From: Lama guanicoe
Lineage: Eukaryota
Direction: 5' to 3'
Assembly (NCBI GenBank): GCA_013239625.1
Contig: MU053209.1
Location: 111,456-175,455, forward strand
Length of the DNA: 64,000 nucleotides
Shown here: positions 1-13,884 of the stretch, one piece after another
How the letters are laid out: each line of letters begins with the position of its first letter
Numbering within the stretch: the first letter of the stretch is position 1
Translations under genes and position numbers: made by a program
The notes under the pieces: generated by a model
What the model was told of the DNA's origin: nothing
Seen by the model: only the letters and a program-made list of their open reading frames with translations
The model's database searches: none

Positions 1-1611
1 TTATTAATATTATCTAATTTGTTGACTATGCTTAAGTACTTATAGGATCACATACCTCCATAATATCACTTGTTTTTTAAAAGTACATCATTTCCAAGGT
101 CCTGACCCACTGCTATAACAGTTAGAATAGCTCAACATTCTGTGTTAGTAAATAAAGAAGACACTATTCTATTTCCGTGAGGCAACTGGCAATTATTCTT
201 TTTAATCAATTTGGCAAAAGTGGTAAATATCCAAATGACAAATATATGAAGGATCTGAATTCTATGTACGGAGGCAAGCTCTTTTCTGATGCCCTCAGAC
301 AGAATCAATAACTCCAACATCTGCATTCCTGGAACAGTTTATGCAGGAATTAAATATGACGCTAACTAGGTTGTTTAGCAAATATGCACATTAGCATATG
401 TATTCACCCAATATTGGGAGTATTTTAGGGTTTAGAGGCACTTTTTTCCTTTTCTGTATTCTCAGCACATTCAGCACATACTTGGTGTTCAGATGGCATT
501 TTTTAGATTTAATATGAAACAAAAAAGAAGGGTAGGTGTTTTGCATACATTTGATAATAGGGTGATAAAAAATACTGCAAATTAAACTGACCATTTAAAG
601 GCAGAGTTTATCCTCTAAATTCTAAATTTTAGTACATGACATCATGATGTTAGTTCTCCAGGCAAAAAATCTTAGCGTTAGTTTTCCCTACGTCATCCTC
701 TTCATCCATTCCCAGCATGTCACTAAATTCCTTTGTACTTTGTTTTAGGATATTTGTCAAATTTGGCTTTTCCAAGCTCCTGATTTTGGTTTTAGGCTCC
801 CTGATTCAATATCAATGCTACCACATTAGCCGGGCTTCACCTAAATGTCATGTACAAATTTATGAACCCACAGCACTATTAAGTAAATATTTAAATGATC
901 AACCATTTTGTATACATATATTTATTTATAAAATACAAGTGTGTACTAATTAAATAATAGTTAACACGTTACAAATAAAGATAATTACTAACAGTATGAG
1001 AATAAAATGTAGACAAAGTAAATTCTGATCCTGATGAATTGTAATATGCACCTGTGGGATTGTAACATCGTGTAAAAGACAATGGATCTAAATGATTGAT
1101 TTCTTGTTTTTAATTTCCCCTGGTCGCCTACACATCCAGCACTCAGTGCCTTCTGAAAGTACTACTTCCTGCAGGCTAGTGTCCTGAACAGAAATCTACA
1201 ATGTTTAAGCTTAGATTCGTCAAGGGGCCATTTAAGTATTTCTACATGGAGGTCCTTTTTTGCTAATCCAAGCTGACTCCTTGCTCCATACTCCTCAGCA
1301 ACACACACACACGCACACCAATTCTTCTGTGTTATTCAAATAATGCCTCTTTTTACTGTTACCTTTCTCGTGTAGTGTGCTCATTCTCTTCTCTCTCCTG
1401 TCACCTGCACCACTCCTCTTGCCTGCATCATGATACTCACACCAGCGTCACCCCGAGCCTGCACCACGTACCCTTCTGATCCAACGTACCCATGCCCAAA
1501 GCCTAGTTTTAGAAGACCTGCTCAGTGAAGTTCTCCTCATGTATGATGACACAATTCAATCATGCCTTTAAAACAACGGTAGCTTAGGGATCTATTTCAT
1601 CACAGAGAGAT

Positions 1612-2010
1612 TATTTTTCTTAATTTTTTACTTAAGTATAATTGATTTACAATGTTGCGTTAGTTTCAGGTGTACAGCAAAGTGATTCAGTTATACAGAC
1701 ACACAAACACACACACACACACACATATATCTTCCTTTTCAGATTCTTTTCCATTATAGGTTATTTAAATATATTGAATAGAGTTCCTCGTGTTATACAG
1801 TAGGTCCTTATTGTTTACTTTACATACAGTAGTTTGTACCTGCAAATCCGAAACTCCTAGTTAATCCCTCTCCTCCACCCTTTCCCCCTTCAATAACCAT
1901 AATTTGTTTTCTGTGTCTGTGAGTCTATTTCTGGTTTTTAAAAAGTTCACTTGTATCATTTTTTTTTCAGATTCCACATATAAATATCATATGATAATTG
2001 TCTTTCTCTG
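1612..2010 (-). mobile_element. 5'-truncated young LINE-1 3'UTR with internal (CA)n
   Basis: Antisense L1 tail (ttttt...agtataattgatttacaatgttg...tagtttcaggtgtacagcaaagtgattcag...cagattccacatata...ttgtctttctctg); degenerate TSD acagagagat (1602-1611) / acagagtgat (2011-2020). Confidence 0.85.
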
Positions 2011-2201
2011 ACAGAGTGATATAATCTTGATTCTTTTTCATGAATATATCTACCAGAGTCAAACACCTTTCTAGTATTACACACACACACACAATTTAAC
2101 TTATAAGCATCAGAGAGTGGTGGTGTCAGAGCACGTGTATATTTGTTATAATTGGATCCTAAACCAATCAAACTACACACAGTGATTTTCCATAAGTGCT
2201 G

Positions 2202-2734
2202 TTATTACTGATAATAATTAACTTCATTATAACTCTAGTAGGATCTTAAACAAGCAACCACAAACTAATATAGGTAGTCTCAGTAATATTTAAGGCCAGT
2301 GAGATTTCCCATTGTAGAATAAAGAAAAATAAAATGTTGTGTATATGACCATTTGTATGCAGCCAAATTTTGGGAACATTTCAGTGCTTTATAGGGACCC
2401 CAGCCTTTCTGAAATACTCCTCAATACATTTTTTATCTGAAGGAATCCCACTGTCTATTTTTGTGGTGTTTTGTGGACAAGTAGAATTAGCCAAAGTCAT
2501 CTTCTGAATACCAGTGACAATTAGCGAAGGCCAGATCTCTCTGGTATTAAGACACAGTAATCCTCTTCTGGAATGGAATGAATCATTTAAATCAAGTTGG
2601 AACAGATGAGTAGAAACAGAACAAACAGATGCCTCTGGCTAACAAGCACGTGTGAAAAGGTAAACTTTTCTCCATTTCTCCGGCTTTTCTTTTTACTGAG
2701 ACAATCATGCCCTTTGGCATGACATAAGGGTTTT
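2202..2734 (+). repeat. Local duplication, copy 1 (about 533 bp; copy 2 at 4218-4750)
   Basis: Direct alignment by eye; 4 substitutions, all in the first ~130 bp. Confidence 0.95.
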
Positions 2735-3598
2735 TATTTTCAATAGGAGAGTTGTTGACAAGTGTAATTATTAGAATGTCTGTTTTCAAAGATATAAGAA
2801 GAAATAACTCTTTAGAAATTCCTAAAGCATTTTCAAATCATTCTTTGGGAAAATCTCACCAATCTACCTAATTATGTGCCAACACAGGAGAGCTTTTTCC
2901 TCCATTTGGCACTTTTGGAAGACTTTCCAGAATCATTGCCTCTGAGCAATGCTCCTGCGCACAACTGATCAAAATTGACATCACTCTGGTTGCTGCTCTG
3001 ATGTCCAACTCCTTGAGTCATACCCTGATTTGGCCTCTTTGACTGAAACGAGCACTGGCTTCCAGCTGGAGTCACAGATTTGGCCTTGTCACTGGATGTG
3101 TAATTTCTGGGTTTCTTGTGTAAATCAAGCTACTTGCAAAGAAGACGCGTGAGTCCTGGAGGATGAAGGGGACTATTATTTATTTGAAATTATGGGGAAA
3201 AAAACCCTGTCATTTTGTGTATATTGATTCTTATGTGAATAATGCACTGAACATTCTGTGAAAGTTTGCCTGGGTCATTTATTTTTCAAAAAAAATTCAG
3301 CAAGTAAGAATAGACAATATTACTGTAAAATTTTTAAGTAAAAATGCATATACATATGACACTGCTAGCATTAAAGATGATTAATGTGGAAGGGAGAATG
3401 AAAGCAGTCACGGGAGTTGTTTAGAAAAACCAAGTAGACTCGGAAGCCTTGGCTAGCATTGAACTTGGAACTATTTTAAAAGAAAGGCAATTCTGAAAGG
3501 ATTTTCATCAAACCTAGAACTTGGTGCTTTGGACTGAATATATATTTTGAAATTAGATAGTTTGAGGTGAAACTCTCAGCTCAGTTATGTTTAAAACT

Positions 3599-3689
3599 TT
3601 TTCTTAATTTTTTACTTAAGTATAATTGATTTACAATGTTGTGTTAGTTTCAGGTGTACAGCAAAGTGATTCAGTTATACAGACACACA

Positions 3690-3738
<49 letters not shown>
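3599..3738 (-). repeat. Local copy of the L1 tail at about 1615-1730 with longer (CA)n
   Basis: Shares the distinctive ttttcttaattttttacttaagtata start and the CA tract; ends right after the CA repeat. Confidence 0.85.
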
Positions 3739-3739
<1 letters not shown>

Positions 3740-4217
3740 ATCCAATATTACTTACTAGGGCTTTTTTTTCTTCTTTCCTTCCTTCCTTCTTTTTTTCAAC
3801 CCTCCTCTCTTTCTTTTATGCTACCCTGAGATTGCAGCATTGAACTAATCATAATCTTTTCTGCATCAAATACGTGGTTCATGCAAAGACCTATTTTCTT
3901 TTTCTTCTTGCCTGCCTACCTTCCTTCCTTCTTCCCTCCCCCTATATTTTCTGTCTCTAATCATGTAATGTTACACTCCTTAACCCTTCTTACCCTCATC
4001 TTCTTGATTGTTTAAAATCAAAATACTAGCATCTACCCTACTGAACTGCTATGAACAGGGCACTGGCTAAGTGAAAGTTTGCCCCCCACCTTGTTGTGAG
4101 CTGGCTGGTGTGACAGGAGCAAGGGTCAGAACTGAGGGGTTGGGCACTGTGAAAGAGACCCCTGTCCCCTCAGCCAGCTTTGCTGTGGGTCACTGGGCGC
4201 TCACCGAGCAGGCCCAA

Positions 4218-4750
4218 TTATTACTGATAATAATTAACTTCATTATAACTCTAGTAGGATCTTACACAAGCAACCACAAAGTAATATAGGTAGTCTCAGT
4301 AATGTTTAAGGCCAGTGAGATTTCCCATTGTAGAATAAAGAAAACTAAAATGTTGTGTATATGACCATTTGTATGCAGCCAAATTTTGGGAACATTTCAG
4401 TGCTTTATAGGGACCCCAGCCTTTCTGAAATACTCCTCAATACATTTTTTATCTGAAGGAATCCCACTGTCTATTTTTGTGGTGTTTTGTGGACAAGTAG
4501 AATTAGCCAAAGTCATCTTCTGAATACCAGTGACAATTAGCGAAGGCCAGATCTCTCTGGTATTAAGACACAGTAATCCTCTTCTGGAATGGAATGAATC
4601 ATTTAAATCAAGTTGGAACAGATGAGTAGAAACAGAACAAACAGATGCCTCTGGCTAACAAGCACGTGTGAAAAGGTAAACTTTTCTCCATTTCTCCGGC
4701 TTTTCTTTTTACTGAGACAATCATGCCCTTTGGCATGACATAAGGGTTTT
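4218..4750 (+). repeat. Local duplication, copy 2 of 2202-2734
   Basis: Direct alignment. Confidence 0.95.
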
Positions 4751-5149
4751 AAACATCTATTAATTAAGAGCTGATTTAAAAGACTTCTTGTTTAAATCTA
4801 TTTGGAGTAAAATGACAAAGTGATGATACCACCTATTGCAATTTTACTTCTTTTTTGCCACCATCCTTAAAGTATCCCTTGTGTTTTCTTAATTTAATTT
4901 AAAAAATGGACTCTAGGTCTGTCTGAACAACTTTTGTCAGGAATTAATTCTGTCACTCCTTTTCTAAGCATAAACCTTACTTTCTGTACTTTTGAAAAAA
5001 AAATCCCAGACAGTAGATATGATATAAATGCCCTGTATTTCCTTATTGCTATTCATGTATATTTTGCATTCCCATTTCTAATTTCTAAAAAAGACCATGT
5101 GTTTTGGAGTGTCTGTCTATTCAGCATTGTAAATGAAAGTTCTATCCAG

Positions 5150-5520
5150 TAAAGAAATAAATGAAGAAATAAAAAACTAAATAAGAAATTACAGGCATAC
5201 CATTTGCAAAGGAAGATATGTCTATCTTTAAACACTTAAGACATGATCCTGTATTTAGAAAATCTGAAGAAGTTCACACACGTGAACACAGACGCACATG
5301 CGCACACACGACTGCTAGAACAGACAAGTGAGAGTCTCAAGGTTGCAGGAAGAAATTCACGTACAAAAAATAAACTGTCATCCTAAACACAAGGAGTGAA
5401 CATTAGAAAATTCAAAATCAAATTTAAAATAATCCATTCCTTAAGAATAAATTTAACGAAAGGAGTGTAAGACTTCCATATTGCAAACTACAAAAGTATG
5501 CTGAGTACTTGAAGATGATT
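5150..5520 (+). mobile_element. Old L1M ORF2 relic
   Basis: Degenerate ORF2-like text (gacatgatcctgtatttagaaaatc, aaggttgcagga, aagaataaatttaac). Confidence 0.6.
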
Positions 5521-5522
5521 TA

Positions 5523-6058
5523 GTTCATAGAAGCACTATATACAATAGCCAAGACATGGAAACAATCTAAATGTGCATTGACAGATGACTGGATAAGAAG
5601 CTGTGATATATTTACAGTATGGAATACTACTCAGTCATAAACAGTGATAAAATAATGTCATTTGCAGCAACATGGATGGACCTGGAGATCATCATTCTAA
5701 GTGAAGCAAGCCAGAAAGAGAAAGAAAAATATTGTATGATATCGCTTATATGTGGAATATGAGACTGAACAAACAGAAACAGACTCAGACATAGTGAACA
5801 AATCTATAGTTACTGGGGGAAAAGGGGGTGGGAAGGGATAAATCAGGAGTTTGAGAATTGATAATATTAGCTACTATATATAAAATAGATTAAAACATTT
5901 TTTCTGTATAGCACAGGGAACTATACTCAATATCTTGTAGTAACTTATAATGAAAAAGAATATGAAAACAAATGTATCTATGTATATGTATGACTAAAAC
6001 ATGCTGCACACCAGAAATTGACTCATTATAACTGACTATACTTCAATTAAAAAAAAAA
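5523..6058 (+). mobile_element. Young LINE-1 3' end (ORF2 C-terminus, 3'UTR, polyA)
   Basis: acaatagccaagacatggaaacaa...tttgcagcaacatggatggacctggag...tatagcacagggaactatactcaatatcttg...cttcaattaaaaaaaaa. Confidence 0.9.
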
Positions 6059-6461
6059 GAAATTGAATTTAAATTAAAGGAGGGATTTCTTTTTTCATGC
6101 TCTAGAACTTTATTAGCTGGAGTTTTGGCAACAGAGAAACCCCCTGAAACAGTCACCCACCTGGTTCAGGATGACCAGAATAGAGGAGCCTTTGCTTGGA
6201 GATGTGTTTTCATTGAGATGAAAGCATATCTATGATTTTTTTAAAAGGGGATCTGACTGGCTGAATATCTCTGAGCACAAATTCTGAGTATTTTAAAAAT
6301 TGTCTGCCAGAAGAAAGGGTGGAAGACTCAGTTTTACTGTGTCAACAATTCTCCTCCATTGATCACTACGTTCAACACAGTGTATCTCAAAACCACAGCT
6401 GGGGGGTTTTTGTTGTTGTTGCTGTTGCTGAGATTGACAAGCTGGATCAAAATTTATATGG

Positions 6462-7352
6462 TTTAAAACACCAACGTGATATTACTACTCACCAGTTAGT
6501 AATGACCAACATCAGAACATTAACAATATCAAGTGCCGGTAAGGACATGGAGCAACAGGAACTCTCATTCATTGCTGGTGGAAATGCAAAGTGATGACAG
6601 CTACTTTGGTAGACAGTTTGGTGGTTTCTTGCAAAACAAACCATACCCTTACCATACAGTGGCACAGTCATGCTTCTTGGTGTTTACTCAAAGGGGTTGA
6701 AAATGTATGTCTACACAAATCCCCGTACACAGATGATTATAGTAGCTTTATTTATTGCCAAAACTTGGAAGCAACCAAGATGTTTTTTAGTTAGTTATTG
6801 CATAAACTGTGAGTATATCCAGACAACGGGCCATGATTAAGCACTAAAAAGAAATGAGCTATCAGACCATGAAAAGACATGGCAGAACCTTAAGTGTATA
6901 TTACCAAGTGGAAGAAGCTAGTCTGAAAAGACTACATAGCGCATGACTCCAAATTGATGAGATTCTGGGAAAGGCAAAACTATGAAGATGATAAAAAGGT
7001 CAGAGGTTGCCAGGGGTTAGCAGCACAGGGAGAGGTGAATAGGCAGAGCACACAGGATTTCCACGGCAAGGAAACTACTCTGTATGATACAGAAGCACAG
7101 ATGCATGTCATTATCCATTTTTCCAACCCCCAGGATACACAACACCAAATGTGAACCCCACTATATACTCTGGACTCCAGGTAATAATGATGTGTCAGTG
7201 TAAGTTCAATTATAACAAATGTTCCTCTCTGGTGGGGGACATTGATAATGGACAGGACTATAAATGTATTGGGGCAGGACTTACATGGGAAACCTCTGTA
7301 CTTTCTGCTCAGATTTATTGAACCTAAAACTGCTCTAAAAAAAAATCTAATA
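6462..7352 (+). mobile_element. L1MC-like 3' end inserted into an older L1 ORF2
   Basis: gagcaacaggaactctcattcattgctggtggaaatgcaaa and 3'UTR ataatgatgtgtcagtgtaagttc...ctctggtgggggacattgataatgg; degenerate TSD aaaatttatatgg (6449-6461) / aaaattgtatgg (7354-7365). Confidence 0.8.
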
Positions 7353-8750
7353 AAAAATTGTATGGAAAGGCAAAGGACCTGGATAGCCAAAATATTTTTG
7401 GACCAAACAAACAAATACCACATGATTTCCAACTTACTGGCATAAAAATAGTCATATAAATCAATGGAAGAAAATTGAGAGTTCAGAAATAAGTCTTTAT
7501 ATTTAAAGTCAGCTGATTTTTAACAAAGGTGGCAATGCAAATCAGTGAGAAAGAAAGGTCTTTTCAATAAATGGAACTGGGACAATTAAATATCTATATA
7601 CAAAAAATGAACTCAGAGCATATGCAAAATATTAACTCATATTGGATCACACCACTTAATTGTAAGAGCTAAAACTATGATTTTTTAAGAAGAAAACATA
7701 AGAGGAAATCTTTTGACATTGGATAAGGCAGAGTCTTTAACGTGATCCAAAAACATAAACCAAAAAGAAAAATCAATGACGGATCCATAAAAATTTGGAC
7801 CTCATTTTGAAAACACTTTAAATTCTCTTCAAAGGAAACACTGATAAAAATGAAAAGATAAATCAAATACCAGCAGAAATATTCTCAACTAATATACTGG
7901 ATAAAGGACTATATATAGATTATAGAAAGAATAGTTATTACTCAATAATAAACTGACAATTCAATGTAAAATAGGCAAAGTACATGAAAAGACATTTCAT
8001 TGATATATCAATTGCCAATAAAAACATGGACATATTCCCAACATCACTAATCATTAGAAAAAATAAGAATTAAGCCACAATGAGATAACATGCCAAACCC
8101 AGTAGAACAGCTATAATCAAATGACAGGTAACACCAAGGGTCTACAACAATGTGGTGAAACAGAACTCCTCTCGCACTGCTTGGTAATGTACATAGTACT
8201 TTCATTTGGGAAATAACTTGGGCAGTTGCTTTAAAAGCTAAACAGAAACTTACCTCAGGACACAGCCATTCCACTTAAGGAGTCTACCTAAGGAAAACAG
8301 AAGCCTACGTCCACGCAAAGATGTACATGTGAATTTTCATGGCAGCGTTTTCTCAGTATAACTACAAGCTGAAACAATCCAGTTGTCACTGGAGATGGGG
8401 AAAATGTTTGTATACGTAAAATGAAATGCTATTCAGTGCTATAAATGAATGACATAGTGTTGCATGCTACTGAACGGGTATAAGTGAAAGATTCTACATT
8501 GAATGTACACGGAATGCCCAGTAATGGCAAGTCTATGAGAGAAATCAGATCTGTAGTTGCCTGTGACTGGGGCTGGAAAAAGAAACTGTCTGTAAATGGG
8601 TACAAGGGAACTTTGGGGGGCAAAGAAAGTGTCCTAAAACTTGCCATGGTGATGACTGCACAGCTCAATACATTTACTAAAATAATTAAATCACGCACTT
8701 CCAATGGGTGAATTTAGAGGCTTATAAATTATATCTCAAAAAATTTGCTA
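7353..8750 (+). mobile_element. Old L1M ORF2 3' half and 3'UTR (continues host fragment at about 6320-6461)
   Basis: tatggaaaggcaaaggacctggatagccaaa; aactgggacaattaaatatc; gaagaaaacataagaggaaatc; 3'UTR ending aaattatatctcaaaaa. Confidence 0.75.
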
Positions 8751-9848
8751 AAAATGACTGAAAGACTCAAACAAAAACAAATACAAATGAATAAAAATAA
8801 TGGTACCATAAACATGAATTTTAAAAAATAGCATCATAGGAAAATATGTAAAACATGTGAGAAAACAATGGTAAGTATCCCTAAAATGTAAAGTCAACAA
8901 AACATGTGTGATAGCCAAGATATAAATCATGTGCAGAGGTAACAGCAAAACAGAGGCATCCTTGAACTCCAAGGGGTAGCAACCTTTCACGCGGTTTTCC
9001 GCTTTCACCTTCCCCTCCTCTCCATTTCTCTGCCCGGAAACCAATGGGACCTGAAGTTACACAGCTACGTTTGTGAAATTCTCTTATGCATCAGACCTCA
9101 TTCTAGATACTTAAGAGCAGAATATAAAGAGGCCATTCTCTAAAATGTTTATATTCATGTTTCATTTATTGTCAACAGAGACAATAAATAAATAGATGAA
9201 TAAAGAAAACAATGTGAAGCATTAACTAATGCTGTGAACGTGAAGTAGAACGATACTATGGAGAATCACTGGATGGGCGGTCATGAGAGACCTCGGTGGG
9301 GGTGCTATTATAAGTGAGGGACAGCTTTAAAAGAGGAGGGACAAGACTTCCAAACACAAGAAAAGTGAATGCACAGCTCCTTCAGAAAGGGCTGAGTGTG
9401 GTGTGTATCAAGTGTCTCAGGTTAGCGAATAGGGGAGAGAATGAAAGGGAATGATTAGAGGCCAACAAATTAAGGGCAGCACATGCTTTGTAGATAATGA
9501 GACTGTGAAACAGCTTTTATTCTGTTTTCTCTTAGGAAGCCAAAGAAAATTATCAAAACATTGATGGACTTTTTCACTCCATAATTGCTTCCTTTCTTCC
9601 TTTATTAATGGACATGCCATTATTTAAAATAACATCAGGAAAAAATTTTTTAAGGTTCTGTCTAGCTCCTTGTCATCAGTAAGTATTGAGTGGGAGAAAT
9701 TTAGGGTTTTGGATGTTGGTTTTGTTGTGCAAGATATATAAATAAATAAAATATAAATATGTAGGAAAATATATATTCAATATATATGTATTTAATATAT
9801 ATATTCATGATTTGTATGCAAAATAAATACACACATGCACAAGATAGT

Positions 9849-11139
9849 TAGATCAATCGATAGATCGATAGATAGATATCTCACATATACAGAGGACAGT
9901 CCTTTTTATAGAAGGAAATACAGCTTCCAGATCAGATCATATGACTCTTGACAAACCAATCTTTATTTATGTTCTAGCTCATAGTTCCCCTATCTGCTCC
10001 TGGCACTTCATACTAAAGTAATAATGGATTTAAATTAATTTCTAGTATGCACACACTCCTGTATTAGGGACCTGTGCGGGCCTTTATCTTCCTATGCTGT
10101 GCTAAGCAGACTGGCCCTCCCACCCCTGCTGCTTCCAGCATGCTTAGCCATCCTCTACAATTCAACTCAGACATTGCCTCCTACAAGGTGCTTCCCTCCA
10201 CATCCTCACCAAGGCAAACACTCCTCTTGGAGCTCCTGAGATGCCGTGCAGAGTTCTCCATCACTATACTTTCCACATCGAACACTTCCGGTTATCATTT
10301 GTTATCATTCCGTCTTATAAAGGGCAACTGGTTTGCATTTCCAGTCCCAGCCCAGATTCCTGGTACAAAGGAGCTGCCTCCTTAATGTTCGAAAGAAGAG
10401 CAAGTGAATGAATGAGAAAGTGAATAAATGATTCCAGAGTATATAGTTAGATCAATAGGCAGTGAGAAATCACATTTCTGTACGGCGGGAGGAAAGTGAT
10501 TTGCAGTCTCAAGTAGAAGCCAGGATGTATACTCTTAGTTGAGCTCAGTTCCCTAGACAGCCACTTACATTTCCTGCTGTGAAGGTAAGAAATTTAGCAA
10601 ATGGACCCTGATAGAGAATTTCGTGCTGTGACAAATGCACTCTAACTTATTTACATCATTTTTTTTCTTTCACACTTACTTGTTAGATTTATTTCCTATG
10701 AGTGTACCGATAATACACATAAATATCTTTGGAGACTCAAGCATTTGCAGGTTTTTTGTCTCCTGTTAAGTCCAGCAAAACTAAATAATTCCGGTATCAG
10801 TCAAGAGGGAAAATGTATCTGTTATTACCAACTATTTTATTTAATATAGCCTCTTATACCCAAAACCACTAACACTCAATGATTAAGAGAAAAAAGAAAC
10901 AAAATTAAATAATAAAAGAAAAAATAACCCTGATACAACATTTCTTAATTGGAATCTCAAGCTATTAAATTAGATTTTCTGGGAATTCTTCAATAATACA
11001 ATTAAAAATATCAGTAAAATTGTAAATAATAGAAAGAATAGTAACATAATGATCTACTTACTTTATTGTACAACTATTATAATTTTTTACCCCAGCTATG
11101 GGGAAATCATTATTATAGTGTTTTCTGAGGGGTATAAAG
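9849..11139 (+). repeat. Gap-flanking duplication, copy 1 (1291 bp; copy 2 at 11809-13099)
   Basis: Identical except one substitution seen (9912 a / 11872 g); identical 103-aa spurious ORFs in the ORF track. Confidence 0.95.
10060..10430 (+). mobile_element. LINE-2 3' relic (repeated at about 12020-12390)
   Basis: cccagcccagattcctggtacaaaggagctgcctccttaatgtt...gtgaatgaatga resembles the L2 3' terminus. Confidence 0.55.
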
Positions 11140-11808
11140 NNNNNNNNNNNNNNNNNNNNNNNNNNNNNNNNNNNNNNNNNNNNNNNNNNNNNNNNNNNNN
11201 NNNNNNNNNNNNNNNNNNNNNNNNNNNNNNNNNNNNNNNNNNNNNNNNNNNNNNNNNNNNNNNNNNNNNNNNNNNNNNNNNNNNNNNNNNNNNNNNNNNN
11301 NNNNNNNNNNNNNNNNNNNNNNNNNNNNNNNNNNNNNNNNNNNNNNNNNNNNNNNNNNNNNNNNNNNNNNNNNNNNNNNNNNNNNNNNNNNNNNNNNNNN
11401 NNNNNNNNNNNNNNNNNNNNNNNNNNNNNNNNNNNNNNNNNNNNNNNNNNNNNNNNNNNNNNNNNNNNNNNNNNNNNNNNNNNNNNNNNNNNNNNNNNNN
11501 NNNNNNNNNNNNNNNNNNNNNNNNNNNNNNNNNNNNNNNNNNNNNNNNNNNNNNNNNNNNNNNNNNNNNNNNNNNNNNNNNNNNNNNNNNNNNNNNNNNN
11601 NNNNNNNNNNNNNNNNNNNNNNNNNNNNNNNNNNNNNNNNNNNNNNNNNNNNNNNNNNNNNNNNNNNNNNNNNNNNNNNNNNNNNNNNNNNNNNNNNNNN
11701 NNNNNNNNNNNNNNNNNNNNNNNNNNNNNNNNNNNNNNNNNNNNNNNNNNNNNNNNNNNNNNNNNNNNNNNNNNNNNNNNNNNNNNNNNNNNNNNNNNNN
11801 NNNNNNNN
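11140..11808. other. Assembly gap
   Basis: N run. Confidence 1.
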
Positions 11809-13099
11809 TAGATCAATCGATAGATCGATAGATAGATATCTCACATATACAGAGGACAGTCCTTTTTATAGGAGGAAATACAGCTTCCAGATCAGATCAT
11901 ATGACTCTTGACAAACCAATCTTTATTTATGTTCTAGCTCATAGTTCCCCTATCTGCTCCTGGCACTTCATACTAAAGTAATAATGGATTTAAATTAATT
12001 TCTAGTATGCACACACTCCTGTATTAGGGACCTGTGCGGGCCTTTATCTTCCTATGCTGTGCTAAGCAGACTGGCCCTCCCACCCCTGCTGCTTCCAGCA
12101 TGCTTAGCCATCCTCTACAATTCAACTCAGACATTGCCTCCTACAAGGTGCTTCCCTCCACATCCTCACCAAGGCAAACACTCCTCTTGGAGCTCCTGAG
12201 ATGCCGTGCAGAGTTCTCCATCACTATACTTTCCACATCGAACACTTCCGGTTATCATTTGTTATCATTCCGTCTTATAAAGGGCAACTGGTTTGCATTT
12301 CCAGTCCCAGCCCAGATTCCTGGTACAAAGGAGCTGCCTCCTTAATGTTCGAAAGAAGAGCAAGTGAATGAATGAGAAAGTGAATAAATGATTCCAGAGT
12401 ATATAGTTAGATCAATAGGCAGTGAGAAATCACATTTCTGTACGGCGGGAGGAAAGTGATTTGCAGTCTCAAGTAGAAGCCAGGATGTATACTCTTAGTT
12501 GAGCTCAGTTCCCTAGACAGCCACTTACATTTCCTGCTGTGAAGGTAAGAAATTTAGCAAATGGACCCTGATAGAGAATTTCGTGCTGTGACAAATGCAC
12601 TCTAACTTATTTACATCATTTTTTTTCTTTCACACTTACTTGTTAGATTTATTTCCTATGAGTGTACCGATAATACACATAAATATCTTTGGAGACTCAA
12701 GCATTTGCAGGTTTTTTGTCTCCTGTTAAGTCCAGCAAAACTAAATAATTCCGGTATCAGTCAAGAGGGAAAATGTATCTGTTATTACCAACTATTTTAT
12801 TTAATATAGCCTCTTATACCCAAAACCACTAACACTCAATGATTAAGAGAAAAAAGAAACAAAATTAAATAATAAAAGAAAAAATAACCCTGATACAACA
12901 TTTCTTAATTGGAATCTCAAGCTATTAAATTAGATTTTCTGGGAATTCTTCAATAATACAATTAAAAATATCAGTAAAATTGTAAATAATAGAAAGAATA
13001 GTAACATAATGATCTACTTACTTTATTGTACAACTATTATAATTTTTTACCCCAGCTATGGGGAAATCATTATTATAGTGTTTTCTGAGGGGTATAAAG
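11809..13099 (+). repeat. Gap-flanking duplication, copy 2
   Basis: Direct alignment to 9849-11139. Confidence 0.95.
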
Positions 13100-13884
13100 G
13101 CAACAACCCCTTTTTATTTAATCAGTAAATGTTTCCATTATGTTTAATATTTGAAGCAGTTATTCATAGACTATTAACCATGGAATGCAATCATTAAACG
13201 TGTTTCTAAAAACTGAACGTTTTCATCTTTTAGGCTTAATGCTGCATTCTGCATTAAATGTTAAAATTACAATCCCACTATTAAACAATAGATTATAAGT
13301 TTATGCATACATGTAATTACATTATTTTTATACAGTGGGTGATTTTTCTCTTTATCTCATCAAGCCCTTCAATTTTTTTTCCATACTCAAGACTTAATAT
13401 GCCAAGTCAAATTCTTAATACGTTAAATGGAAATTAATATGTTAATGGAAACTAAATGAATTTAGAGAACCTGTACTTCTCACACAAAGCATCTATTTCA
13501 AAACTCTTCTGGTTATGGGCTAAGTTCTTTTCTTAGCCTGCAATGCCAGACAAAACAGTCCTGAAATATTTGAGATTCAAAACAGATCAAAACCAAATTT
13601 TTTGTATTCGGAACTAGTTACACTTCCTATTTTGATAAGACTTATAGCTTCTTATTTTTTGAATGTAAAAGGCTGAAAGAAATGTGATTTAAGTAAGAAA
13701 CAGAAACATATCTGTTTCATATCCCTAAATCCACATTATTCTTAAATCAATGTCATTGATTAAATAATCAATATTGGTGGTTTTAGAGGGATATATTGCA
13801 AAAATCCAGAAAAAAAATATGACTTGATAAAAGAAAGCAACTATTTGAATAGATATTTCGGATTCGGTCTTGACTAATTTATTA

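Noticed and set aside
132..328. Possible terminal exon on the minus strand after ttccag
   Set aside because: Weak pyrimidine tract, no recognisable product, no linked upstream coding exon.
2868..3155. Minus-strand 288-nt exon-like segment with AG/GT borders
   Set aside because: All three frames contain stops and I recognise no protein homology.
10074..12345. Two identical 103-aa ORFs suggesting a gene pair
   Set aside because: Chance ORF in an L2 relic, doubled by the gap-flanking duplication.
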